A stretch of 64,000 nucleotides of DNA. Source: Minisyncoccia bacterium. Lineage in GTDB: Bacteria; Patescibacteriota; Minisyncoccia; Phycocordibacterales; UBA918. The stretch spans positions 83,176-147,175 of the forward strand of contig JBKBPM010000002.1 in NCBI GenBank assembly GCA_046293175.1, read 5' to 3'. The notes under the pieces were generated by a model. It saw only the letters and a list, made by a program, of their open reading frames with translations. It searched no databases and was not told the DNA's origin. Position 1 is the stretch's first letter; each line of letters starts with the position of its first letter. The position numbers and the translations under genes are program-made. Shown here in pieces: positions 36,280 through 45,657 of this stretch.

Positions 36280-38676
36280 ATGTCAGTCAACATCAGTAAA
36301 CACCATGCGGCCGTCATAGAATTTGAGCGCTACTTTTCTCGCCGAAAACAAGACTATTGGCGGGGGAGTGCCTTACTTCTTTTGACCCTAGGTATTGGTC
36401 TCTTGTTTGTTGACGGCACCGTGACTGACATTGTTGATGAACAAATTCTCATTGGTGTACTCTGCTTGGTACTCGCCACCTATGTAGATCTATTGGTTCT
36501 TCGACTCTTTTCCAATGCCACATATTATGCCGGTTTGTTCTCCACTACTGGTAGCGGCAACTATCAAGAGCATGGCCTTACCTATGATGCAATGGTAGTG
36601 CTGAGCGCTGGACAGCACGATCTCACCAAAGCGTTTCTCGAATCTTCGTTTGGACAACATATATATGTACGCGCAGAGCTAAGTGAAGAGGTGGTGAAAG
36701 CATGGCTTATAAGTGAGCGCTATCCGGTCAAAGCAGCGGTAGTGAGTCTCTCAGCTGGACGGGCGACTTCACTCATTGATATTGTTCAGGCCATCCTTGC
36801 TCACGATATTGCATTTTCGCGCTTTCTAGAACGCCATGGAGTCACCCACGATACTTTACTTGGAGCGGCACACCTGGTGCTTGGTCACTACTACCAAACA
36901 AAGCGCCTTGAACGGTGGTGGAGTCGGGATCAACTCAGTCGCCGTGGTTCACTGGGACGTGAATTAACCCTTGGGGCCTGGCGGGAATATGTTCCGTATA
37001 CTGAACCGGTCGCTATCAATACCGAAACGCCTAACGAGTTTGAGCAGCATTATCTCAATTTTCTTCAAACCATTTTACAATCACGCAGGGATAGCAACAT
37101 TCTCCTCGTTGCCCCTGATCGTGATTGGAACCGTGTACTCATCGAAAAGCTTCAGCATACATTTGTAACAGGCACCGCCCTTGGCTCTATCAATACTATG
37201 AGTGTCATGACGATCAATCATGATTCTCTATTGTTTGAAAATACCACAACAGTGAGCGTTGAGGCAGCCTTACGCAGTATCCTGACTGAAGCCAGTCTGG
37301 CCGGCAATATGATACTCGTGCTTCCTGACCTAGAACAAGTAGCGGCACGCTACGCTTCTAAGGGAGTACTATTTACGCACATCCTCGAAGAATTCCTCAC
37401 GGCCGACCGACTCCATGTCATCATTACAAGCACAACTGAAGCATATCCAGTTATTAAGCGCACCGAGCTTGCCCTCGTTAAGCGTTGCGAGGAAGTAGTG
37501 GTCGAGGCGCTAACCGAAGAAACACTTTTGCGTTACCTCACGCATCATATATATAGTATCGAAGCTAAAAACAAAACCGTCTTTAGCTATCACGCGTTGA
37601 CCGCTATTGCTAAAACGGTTTATACCTATGATGTCCCTCTCGGTGCCCGAGTACAAGAAATAGCCGCTACTATTGCAAAAGAATATTTTGGTCAAGCGCT
37701 TATCACTCATGATATGGCAGAACGAAGCCTTGGTACACTCCTCGATTTACCCGTTGGACCACTGACTCAAAACGAACGGGACATTTTGCTTTCCATTGAA
37801 CGCATTATGCAACAAGAAGTCGTTGGGCAAGACCGAGCAATTCATGCTGTCGGCATTGCACTGCGCCGGATGCGGGCAGCGCTGGTTGATACCAAACGAC
37901 CACTCGCCTCATTTTTATTCTTAGGTCCAAGTGGCGTCGGAAAAACGGAGACTGCCAAGACGCTGGCCAAAGTATATTTTGGAAATGCTGACGCACTACT
38001 ACGATTCGATATGTCTGAATTCGCAGACGGTGAAGGATTACCACGACTCATTGGTAGCGAAACAACCTCGAGCCTCCTTGAAGATAAACTCCTTCAGCAT
38101 CCGCGCGGTCTCATACTCCTTGATGAATTTGAAAAATCTCATCCGGATGTACAAGAATTATTTTTGCAAATTCTTGACGAGGGTCAGGTACACACCCACA
38201 GCGGTACAGTCCTCCATTTCCGCCAATACATCATCATTGCCACCAGTAATGCGGGGAGTCAACTCATCGCACGCACCAAAGACAAACGTGCGGAGAGTCC
38301 AACCCTTGATAGTGATGTCATAGCCCATATTATTCAGACTCGTGCACTTGCTCCGGAACTCATTGGTCGCTTTGGTGATGTTATCCTTTTTGATGCACTC
38401 ACTTTTGCTGATGAAGTCACCATCGCCAATCAACTGATTGCTACACTTGGACACCGCATTTTGGAGCGAGGTTTTATACTCGCCGTACAAGATGGGGTAA
38501 GCGAAACTATTGTTGAGCAATACCATAACAGTCAATTCGGCGCTCGACCAATTCGGCATGCTATCGAACATATTCTTGAGGACATTATTGCAACCCGAAT
38601 TATTCGAGGGGATGCAAAACCAGGTGACACTATCACTATCTCCTGCGAAGATTTACCGCACAGCACTCGCAACTAA
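36280..38676 (+). CDS. Membrane-anchored ClpB/ClpC-like AAA+ ATPase with a degenerate first nucleotide-binding domain
   Basis: The D2 domain is intact: VVGQDRAIHAVGIALRRMRAAL, Walker A FLGPSGVGKTETAKTLA, LLDEFEKSHPDVQELFLQILDEG. In D1 the Walker A position reads LLVAPDRDWNRVLIEKL. N-terminal TM helix. I used the internal start MSVNISK. Confidence 0.65.
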   Translation: MSVNISKHHAAVIEFERYFSRRKQDYWRGSALLLLTLGIGLLFVDGTVTDIVDEQILIGVLCLVLATYVDLLVLRLFSNATYYAGLFSTTGSGNYQEHGLTYDAMVVLSAGQHDLTKAFLESSFGQHIYVRAELSEEVVKAWLISERYPVKAAVVSLSAGRATSLIDIVQAILAHDIAFSRFLERHGVTHDTLLGAAHLVLGHYYQTKRLERWWSRDQLSRRGSLGRELTLGAWREYVPYTEPVAINTETPNEFEQHYLNFLQTILQSRRDSNILLVAPDRDWNRVLIEKLQHTFVTGTALGSINTMSVMTINHDSLLFENTTTVSVEAALRSILTEASLAGNMILVLPDLEQVAARYASKGVLFTHILEEFLTADRLHVIITSTTEAYPVIKRTELALVKRCEEVVVEALTEETLLRYLTHHIYSIEAKNKTVFSYHALTAIAKTVYTYDVPLGARVQEIAATIAKEYFGQALITHDMAERSLGTLLDLPVGPLTQNERDILLSIERIMQQEVVGQDRAIHAVGIALRRMRAALVDTKRPLASFLFLGPSGVGKTETAKTLAKVYFGNADALLRFDMSEFADGEGLPRLIGSETTSSLLEDKLLQHPRGLILLDEFEKSHPDVQELFLQILDEGQVHTHSGTVLHFRQYIIIATSNAGSQLIARTKDKRAESPTLDSDVIAHIIQTRALAPELIGRFGDVILFDALTFADEVTIANQLIATLGHRILERGFILAVQDGVSETIVEQYHNSQFGARPIRHAIEHILEDIIATRIIRGDAKPGDTITISCEDLPHSTRN

Positions 38677-38735
38677 CAACCGTCCGTACTATACTTATAT
38701 AGTGATCAGCATGTGTTAGTCTGGTCGCGTAATAA

Positions 38736-39119
38736 TTGTATATGCCACCTACTCAATCAACTCCGACACCAGCTGAAACAGTTCCTGCGACAGGGACACC
38801 AACTGGCGGGGATAATAGTGCACTCCTTGGAATCCTTGCATACCTTGGACCACTAGTCATCGTGTCATACCTCATGGGGAAAGATAATCCCTTTGTGGTC
38901 TTCCATACCAAACAAGGGATGGTGCTCTTTGCCATCGAACTCGCTATTTATATATTATCGAGTTTTATGTTTTATGGATTCTTCTTTCTAGCCCCACTGC
39001 TTGCTTTAGTGAATCTTGGATGCTTCGTTCTTTCTATTGTAGGAATTATCCATGTTGTGCAAAAAGAACAAAAACCGTTACCGGTTGTGGGCGGTCTCTC
39101 AAAACACATACCCTTTTAG
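38736..39119 (+). CDS. DUF4870-like small membrane protein
   Basis: The HTKQGMVLFAIELAIYIL motif region and three TM helices. Confidence 0.5.
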   Translation: MYMPPTQSTPTPAETVPATGTPTGGDNSALLGILAYLGPLVIVSYLMGKDNPFVVFHTKQGMVLFAIELAIYILSSFMFYGFFFLAPLLALVNLGCFVLSIVGIIHVVQKEQKPLPVVGGLSKHIPF

Positions 39120-39130
39120 GAGGGAACACT

Positions 39131-39166
39131 TGCAAAAAACACCTCACCAGATGAGGTGTTTTTTGC
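39131..39166 (+). terminator. Rho-independent terminator
   Basis: gcaaaaaacacctca-ccag-atgaggtgttttttgc. Confidence 0.7.
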
Positions 39167-39213
39167 ACGCTACGTATGTCTAAAAATTAGACATAGGGTG
39201 TATACTTAGAGTT

Positions 39214-39912
39214 ATGAAAACGACATCTTATGCGAAGCTCTTGCGCTTCCTTCGGACCGAACGCAATCTCTCACAAATTACGGTAGCTAAACAGCTCGGA
39301 CTATCTCGTGCCTCATACCTGGCACTTGAGCATGGAAGTCGCGAACTTTCACTCCGCGAAGCTATCAAAGTAACAACCCTCTATGGGATTCGTATTGATG
39401 ATCTTATCCTCAACCACAAACCCGATTTTGAAAAATACAAAATGATGGTTTTGGCACTCCTGCGAGCTGCCAAAGAAGAATCAGTGGTTCTGAAGAAAAC
39501 AAAGCTATCACTCCTCCTCTACCTTGCCGATATGCGCAACTACTACGAAACTAAAGAAAGTATGAGTGGCATGACGTATCGCAAACAGAGCTATGGCCCA
39601 GTCTCTGATGTATTCCACCGCTTAATTGATGAAATGGAACGCGACGGATCACTGACCATCACCCAGATACTCCGCGATGACTACCACATGTACGAAATCA
39701 AAGAGAGTCGAGGCAGTGCACGCACAAAACTTTTGCATCTTAGCCCCAAAGAGCAAAAGCGTCTCTACGAACTTTGCCGGGCATGGGGGACTACACCAAC
39801 CGCCGAACTCCAGCAATTCATCATGGCTGGGCGTCCTATTAGTGAAACGGCCGAGGGATGTGATATCGACTACGCGCTCATAAGTGACGAAGAGCCGCAT
39901 CTCGTCTCCTAA
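39214..39912 (+). CDS. XRE-family HTH fused to a Panacea/SocA-like (DUF4065) domain, an antitoxin-like protein
   Basis: HTH RNLSQITVAKQLGLSRASYLALEHG; DUF4065-like core KLSLLLYLADMRNYYETKESMSGMTYRKQSYGPV. Confidence 0.6.
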   Translation: MKTTSYAKLLRFLRTERNLSQITVAKQLGLSRASYLALEHGSRELSLREAIKVTTLYGIRIDDLILNHKPDFEKYKMMVLALLRAAKEESVVLKKTKLSLLLYLADMRNYYETKESMSGMTYRKQSYGPVSDVFHRLIDEMERDGSLTITQILRDDYHMYEIKESRGSARTKLLHLSPKEQKRLYELCRAWGTTPTAELQQFIMAGRPISETAEGCDIDYALISDEEPHLVS

Positions 39913-40180
39913 CAGCACCCTTCCCCAAAGAGCAAGTATCACCCTTTCTAACCGCGTGCTTTCGGTGTCATCAGTTTTACCCAGCAAAACACCACAGAAG
40001 CTCGACACTATTTGGCACACCAGTAGTTAATTACCAGGTTGCCACGCCAGCAAGACACGGAACGTGGGGGGGAAAAGGAGCCTACAAGAGACAAATGTAA
40101 TAACTTGCATTTTTAATAGATTATGCTATAATTTAAGCATCCTTCGCAGGTTATAACGGTGAGGCAAACGACAAGGAAAC

Positions 40181-40489
40181 TTGGGTATCTACGCTTTGTT
40201 TCACCATCACATACATCATTTTATGTTAAGTAAGCGAGTAAAAGAAAATGTCTTGAAGGGCGTCAAACGTCACGATACTGATACTGGATCACCAGAAGCA
40301 CAAGTAGCTCTCCTCACTCGTCAGATTGAAGAGCTCTCGACGCACCTCCGCAAGCACAAGAAAGATTTTCACTCACGTCGTGGTCTCTTGCAGCTCGTGG
40401 CAGACCGTCGCAAGCACCTCAAGTACCTGGAACGCAAAGACACAAAGGCCTACCAGGCACTCATTGAGAAGCTCGGACTTAAGCGCTAA
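40181..40489 (+). CDS. rpsO: 30S ribosomal protein S15
   Basis: TGSPEAQVALLTRQIEELSTHLRKHKKDFHSRRGLLQLVADRRKHLKYL. Confidence 0.9.
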   Translation: MGIYALFHHHIHHFMLSKRVKENVLKGVKRHDTDTGSPEAQVALLTRQIEELSTHLRKHKKDFHSRRGLLQLVADRRKHLKYLERKDTKAYQALIEKLGLKR

Positions 40490-40493
40490 CATT

Positions 40494-40529
40494 TTGCTCC
40501 AGTACGGAGCATTTTGTTTTTTTTCAAAG
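40494..40529 (+). terminator. Terminator after rpsO
   Basis: tgctcc-agtac-ggagca followed by a T8 run. Confidence 0.5.
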
Positions 40530-40539
40530 AGGCGTATAG

Positions 40540-41154
40540 TTGAGGGGTGCGAAAGCATTAAAATATTTTTATATGGGAATCATAAGACATCCAGACCAGC
40601 GCGTCGCTGTTTTGATCGACACGCAAAACCTCTACCACAGTGCAAAGAACTTATACAAAGCGAAAGTAAATTTCGGCAATGTTGTGAAAGCTGCAGTTGG
40701 TGATCGTAAACTTATCCGCGCCCTATCGTATGTGGTAAATACCGAAAGCGGGGAAGAGACACCATTTTTTGAAGCCCTTGAAAAGGTCGGTATCGAAATT
40801 AAAACTAAAGACCTGCAAATATTTTTTGGTGGTGCAAAAAAAGCTGACTGGGATGTTGGTCTTGCTATCGATGCAATTAAGCTTGCACATAAGGTCGATG
40901 CCATAGTCCTGGCCAGTGGCGACGGCGATTTTATCCCGCTCGTGGAATACGTCAAAAGTCAGGGTTGTCAAGTTGAGGTCATTACATTTGGTCGCTCAGC
41001 TTCTGGTCGTTTGCGAGAAGTTGTTGATGACTTTATTGACCTTGATGAAGCTCCTCAGGATTTTTTGATTGGCTATCGCAATCATCGCGGCAAAGGCAAT
41101 GGATCACGCAAGCAAATGAAACACATCGTTGGTACTGACACTGACAATTTATAA
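40540..41154 (+). CDS. NYN-domain (LabA-like, PIN-fold) protein
   Basis: VAVLIDTQNLYHS and IVLASGDGDFIPLVEYVKSQGCQVEVI. Confidence 0.7.
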   Translation: MRGAKALKYFYMGIIRHPDQRVAVLIDTQNLYHSAKNLYKAKVNFGNVVKAAVGDRKLIRALSYVVNTESGEETPFFEALEKVGIEIKTKDLQIFFGGAKKADWDVGLAIDAIKLAHKVDAIVLASGDGDFIPLVEYVKSQGCQVEVITFGRSASGRLREVVDDFIDLDEAPQDFLIGYRNHRGKGNGSRKQMKHIVGTDTDNL

Positions 41155-41172
41155 CGCAACACGCTACAACAA

Positions 41173-41211
41173 CCACCTTGCACACATTGAGCGTGCAAGG
41201 TGGTTTTGATA
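41173..41211 (+). terminator. Terminator after the NYN gene
   Basis: ccaccttgcac-acattgagc-gtgcaaggtgg followed by ttttgat. Confidence 0.65.
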
Positions 41212-41300
41212 TGCTTGGAGTGACGCTTACCAGTAAGTGGGGAGGTAAGTAGATTTCAAAGATTGAAATCTAAAACTTCCCCATTTCAAAATGATAATTC

Positions 41301-43427
41301 ATGTACAAAAAAACTTACGAGATGCAGTTAGGAGGAAAGTTACTCATTGCCGAATTTAATGATCTCACCCCCAAAGCACATGGTTCAGTTATGATGCGCT
41401 ACGGAGAAACTGTGGTACTGGTCACTGCCGTCATGGGTGAAAAGGAACAGCCAGACCTACCGTACTTTCCACTCTCTGTTGAGTACGAAGAGAAGTTTTA
41501 TGCAGCCGGTGCCATTCTTGGGAGTCGTTACGGACGTCGTGAGGGACGACCGAGCGATGAGGCCATCCTCAGTGCGCGGATTGTTGACCGCACCATTCGT
41601 CCACTTTTTAACCACGCACTTCGTCGTGACGTGCAGGTAGTTGTAACGGTACTCGCTATTGGGGATGAGGACCCAGACGTACTCTCGGTCATTGGTGCAG
41701 GACTTGCATTAGGGGTTTCACCAATCCCTTGGGATGGTCCGATTGGTGCCGTACGTATTGTGAAACGACAGGATACTGGAGCAGTTATTATTAACCCGAC
41801 ATTTAGCGATCGCGCTTCAACACCATTTGCTTTTGAGGTGTTGGCGTGTGGGAAGGATGGCAGTATTAATATGATTGAGACTGCTGCGGATGAGGTCAGT
41901 GAAACAGATATCATCGCAGTACTCGAAGCAGCTACTGTTCTCCATAGCGATATTGTTTCTTTTGCCCGAACAATTATTGCTGAGCGCGGTAGTAAAAAGT
42001 ATGACCTCCCAGCCACCCCTGACATGAGTGCACTCGAAACGCTATTCACAAATGACTTTGCGAATCGACTCGGACAAACGTTATTTAGTAACCAGCCAGG
42101 CAAAGCTCACCTCTATGCACTAAAAAATGACTGGCTCGCAGCTGTTGCGCTACTCCCCACACCGGTCAGTCGGGTACTGGCCGATAGTTTCTTTGAGGAA
42201 ATGATAAACGAAGCAATCCATGTCGGCGCAGTTGAGTTTGGGAAACGGGCTGACGGACGAGGACTTGATGAAGTACGTCCCCTCTATGCACAAGCTGGTG
42301 GTGTTTCACCAGTCCTTCATGGCAGCGGTATCTTCTACCGGGGAGACACGCATATCTTTAGTGCACTTACCCTTGGTGGACCTGAAGCGGCACAGCTCAT
42401 TGATACGATTGAAGACCAATCAACCAGTAAGCGCTTTATGCACCACTATAACTTTCCGCCGTTTTCAGTCGGTGAAACTGGTCGGGTCGGAGGATTTAAT
42501 CGTCGTATGATTGGCCACGGTGCACTTGCCGAAAAAGCGCTCCTCCCTGTCATTCCCGATAAAGAGTCATTCCCATACACCATTCGTCTCGTTTCGGAGA
42601 CCTTCTCGAGTAACGGCTCGAGTTCCATGGGATCAGTATGCGCTAGCACGCTGGCCCTCATGGATGGTGGTGTCCCGATTAAGAAACCAGTGGCGGGGAT
42701 AGCCTCAGGGGTGATGATTCAAGGCGACCGCCACGCGCTTCTCACTGACATCCAGGGACCAGAAGATGAACATGGTGACATGGACTTTAAAGTGGCCGGA
42801 ACCAGAGACGGCATTACTGCAATCCAGATGGATGTCAAAGTCGGTGGTATCTCACTGTCGATACTCGAAGAAGCACTTGAGAAAGCCCGTCTTGCACGCC
42901 TCCATATATTAGATACCATCACCAACACTATCAGCGCACCACGACCTACCATCTCACCACGAGCGCCAGAAATTATTACCCTCACTATTTTGCCTGAGCA
43001 GATTGGTCTAGTGATCGGTAGTGGCGGCAAAACCATCAACAAGATCAAAGATGAGTCTGGTGTCGCTGACATCACCATAGAAGATGACGGGACTGTCTAT
43101 ATTACTGGCAAAGATGGCACAGCAGGTATCGCTGCCGCTACAATTAAAAGTCTAACTCGAACTTACCAAGTGGGAGAGAAGGCGACTGCAACGGTCACTA
43201 AAATCACTGCCTTTGGTGCCTTTGCAAAATTGGATGACTTTCATGAAGGATTGATTCACATCTCCGAAATCGCCCCTTTCAGACTCGACGATTTGACCAG
43301 TGTTCTCACCGAAGGGGAAACCGTGTCGGTAGTGGTATGTAAGGTTGAAGACGGCAAGATTGGTCTATCAATTAAACAAATTGACCCTGAGTTTGCTACA
43401 CGCAAAGGTATTATTGCCCAAAAATAA
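41301..43427 (+). CDS. pnp: Polyribonucleotide nucleotidyltransferase (PNPase)
   Basis: 708 aa; two RNase PH domains plus KH (GSGGKTINKIKDESG) and S1 domains. Confidence 0.95.
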   Translation: MYKKTYEMQLGGKLLIAEFNDLTPKAHGSVMMRYGETVVLVTAVMGEKEQPDLPYFPLSVEYEEKFYAAGAILGSRYGRREGRPSDEAILSARIVDRTIRPLFNHALRRDVQVVVTVLAIGDEDPDVLSVIGAGLALGVSPIPWDGPIGAVRIVKRQDTGAVIINPTFSDRASTPFAFEVLACGKDGSINMIETAADEVSETDIIAVLEAATVLHSDIVSFARTIIAERGSKKYDLPATPDMSALETLFTNDFANRLGQTLFSNQPGKAHLYALKNDWLAAVALLPTPVSRVLADSFFEEMINEAIHVGAVEFGKRADGRGLDEVRPLYAQAGGVSPVLHGSGIFYRGDTHIFSALTLGGPEAAQLIDTIEDQSTSKRFMHHYNFPPFSVGETGRVGGFNRRMIGHGALAEKALLPVIPDKESFPYTIRLVSETFSSNGSSSMGSVCASTLALMDGGVPIKKPVAGIASGVMIQGDRHALLTDIQGPEDEHGDMDFKVAGTRDGITAIQMDVKVGGISLSILEEALEKARLARLHILDTITNTISAPRPTISPRAPEIITLTILPEQIGLVIGSGGKTINKIKDESGVADITIEDDGTVYITGKDGTAGIAAATIKSLTRTYQVGEKATATVTKITAFGAFAKLDDFHEGLIHISEIAPFRLDDLTSVLTEGETVSVVVCKVEDGKIGLSIKQIDPEFATRKGIIAQK

Positions 43428-43439
43428 TTGAGCACGCGA

Positions 43440-43472
43440 AGAAATGCCCACAACTACCTGTGTGGGCATTTC
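43440..43472 (+). terminator. Hairpin after pnp
   Basis: agaaatgcccaca-actacc-tgtgggcatttct. Confidence 0.45.
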
Positions 43473-43530
43473 TCTATACCCACGAAAAAGTCTTTCTGAC
43501 ACTTCACCAATATGAGATACTATAGTCATA

Positions 43531-45249
43531 ATGTCTACTCCTGTTCTTAAAAAAGTTCACACCTTTGCTGATGACCTAAACCTCGTTCGAAGCGAGCGTG
43601 GTATCACGACTAAAAAATCTGCGCCTGTAGCACAAAAAATGCCGACACCGGTTACTAGAGATCAAGTCACCGTTGCGACAGCTAGTGCCACTGGTCCGAA
43701 AAAGATCATCACGAATTCAAGTGCCACACTCAAACCTTCAGCGAATGATCTCCCGGCTACCATCATCACTGATCAGCGAAGTAAGCGCTTCAATTTGACT
43801 TCTGAAATGAGTTCTGCCATTGGTGAGTGGTGGAATAAAAAAGTGCAGTCAGTTAAAAAAACAAAGAAGAAGAACCTATACGGTCTCCCTGCCGCTGAGC
43901 GACGGAAAGGTGTCGTGACTGCTGCCACCACACACACCGGTCGTCACGTCGCCAGTGATTATCATGCGGTCGTAGAACGAGTAAAAACAAAACCAGAACC
44001 AGAACCCACAACTGTTGTTGAACGAGTTATGCCACCGCCAACAACCACCCCTTCAGTTGAGCCAGCTAGTGGTTGGGAGACGGCGAATGAAGCCGCTTTA
44101 AATACAGTATTGTCGATCCAAACCACAACAGAAACCTCAGGGTTTGTATCTCAAATGGAAGAGCCCCAAACCACAGGTGTAGTGGTAACAGATATAACCT
44201 ACCGCCAACCACGGATTGAACCAACTATACCTGAATATCCAATAGAGGAATCAAAACCCGAAGAGGAAGAACTATTGCAACCTACCATTGATGAAACAAA
44301 GTCAGTCATTTTTACAGAATTTCAAGAACCGGCAGTAACACCGATTACACCAACACCTCGTTCGTTTGAAAAAATTACTCCAACTTTACCAACCATAGCA
44401 ACCACCACTTCTACTTCGCCGAATGCCTTCACCATGATGAGTGAGGTACCAGCTCCAGTACTCCAGAACAAACCTGACTATGTAAAGACAACAATAGCGG
44501 CTCGTAAAGAAGCACTAGCCAGTACACCAACGACAACACCATCAAGACTGTTCACGCTTGCGCCTTATTTGGCAGGTGGAACTTTTGTATTTGTCACCGT
44601 TGGAACGATTGCTTATTTCATGATTGCAGGGACGAGTAGTGCTCCTGAAGTCATAACAGGGGACACCACCTTGCCAATCAATACGTTTGGCAACTCGGGT
44701 GATCAACTCCCCCTCACTACCACAGGTGGTGTCGTGACTGCTACTCTCGATGCACCAAACAAATCATCGCTCTACAAAGCAATATCTGAAACAGCAAATC
44801 AAGGTGAAGGTTTACAAATTGTCACACCACTTGCGCACGACTCCATTTTGCCACTCGGTAGTCGCGAAATCCTTAGCCTCCTCAACCGGCAATTTTCACC
44901 ATCCTTTATTGGCAGTGTCATACAAGTAAAACTCGGTATGTACCGAAACGAACCAGTTATAATTCTTTCGGTGAGTGACGGGGCAACTGCACGAGGGAGC
45001 ATGTTCTTGTGGGAGAACAGCATGAGTCAAGACCTCAGTCCTTGGTTTGGTATACCATTTACCAATAATGCATCCGGATCTAGTTCTCAATTCAAAGACA
45101 GTCAGATTGCTGGTTATGATGTACGCATCCTTAAAGATGATATCGGCACCGAACGAATTACGTATGGTATCATCGGACAATCAACTATCTTGATTACCAC
45201 TACCAGCACAGCTTTTCTTAACATCACTGAAAATTACAATCTGTTCTAG
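43531..45249 (+). CDS. Hypothetical Thr/Pro-rich membrane-anchored protein (572 aa)
   Basis: Central TM helix LAPYLAGGTFVFVTVGTIAYFMIAG; low-complexity T/P-rich N-terminal half. Confidence 0.45.
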   Translation: MSTPVLKKVHTFADDLNLVRSERGITTKKSAPVAQKMPTPVTRDQVTVATASATGPKKIITNSSATLKPSANDLPATIITDQRSKRFNLTSEMSSAIGEWWNKKVQSVKKTKKKNLYGLPAAERRKGVVTAATTHTGRHVASDYHAVVERVKTKPEPEPTTVVERVMPPPTTTPSVEPASGWETANEAALNTVLSIQTTTETSGFVSQMEEPQTTGVVVTDITYRQPRIEPTIPEYPIEESKPEEEELLQPTIDETKSVIFTEFQEPAVTPITPTPRSFEKITPTLPTIATTTSTSPNAFTMMSEVPAPVLQNKPDYVKTTIAARKEALASTPTTTPSRLFTLAPYLAGGTFVFVTVGTIAYFMIAGTSSAPEVITGDTTLPINTFGNSGDQLPLTTTGGVVTATLDAPNKSSLYKAISETANQGEGLQIVTPLAHDSILPLGSREILSLLNRQFSPSFIGSVIQVKLGMYRNEPVIILSVSDGATARGSMFLWENSMSQDLSPWFGIPFTNNASGSSSQFKDSQIAGYDVRILKDDIGTERITYGIIGQSTILITTTSTAFLNITENYNLF

Positions 45250-45258
45250 TTCCCGAGA

Positions 45259-45645
45259 GTGATATACAATGGAGGTATGCACGAAACAGAAAAAACCTTG
45301 CTTGAAGCACAGCTTGAAGCAGTAACCGCCGAACTTACAACATTGGCTGTGCTCCATAAAGAAACAGGAGATTGGGAAATTCGTTTTGATAACGATCCTC
45401 GTAGTGAAGCTGATGAAGATATCATTAGTGATAATGCTGAAGCAGCTGAAGAAGCGATTGCAACATTGGCACTCTTGGAAACACGCTACCGTAATATAAA
45501 TCGTGCGCTCACTAAAATAGCTGATGGTACATACGGTGCCTGTGAAATCTGTGGTGAACCAATAGAAGCAGACCGACTTAGTGCCAATCCCGCCGCCCGT
45601 ACGTGTAAGTCACACCTCAATGACGAAGTGGACTTAGCCCTCTAA
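45259..45645 (+). CDS. DksA/TraR-family C4 zinc-finger protein
   Basis: CEICGEPIEADRLSANPAARTCKSH zinc finger, N-terminal coiled coil. Confidence 0.7.
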   Translation: MIYNGGMHETEKTLLEAQLEAVTAELTTLAVLHKETGDWEIRFDNDPRSEADEDIISDNAEAAEEAIATLALLETRYRNINRALTKIADGTYGACEICGEPIEADRLSANPAARTCKSHLNDEVDLAL

Positions 45646-45657
45646 GTACAACCAACT

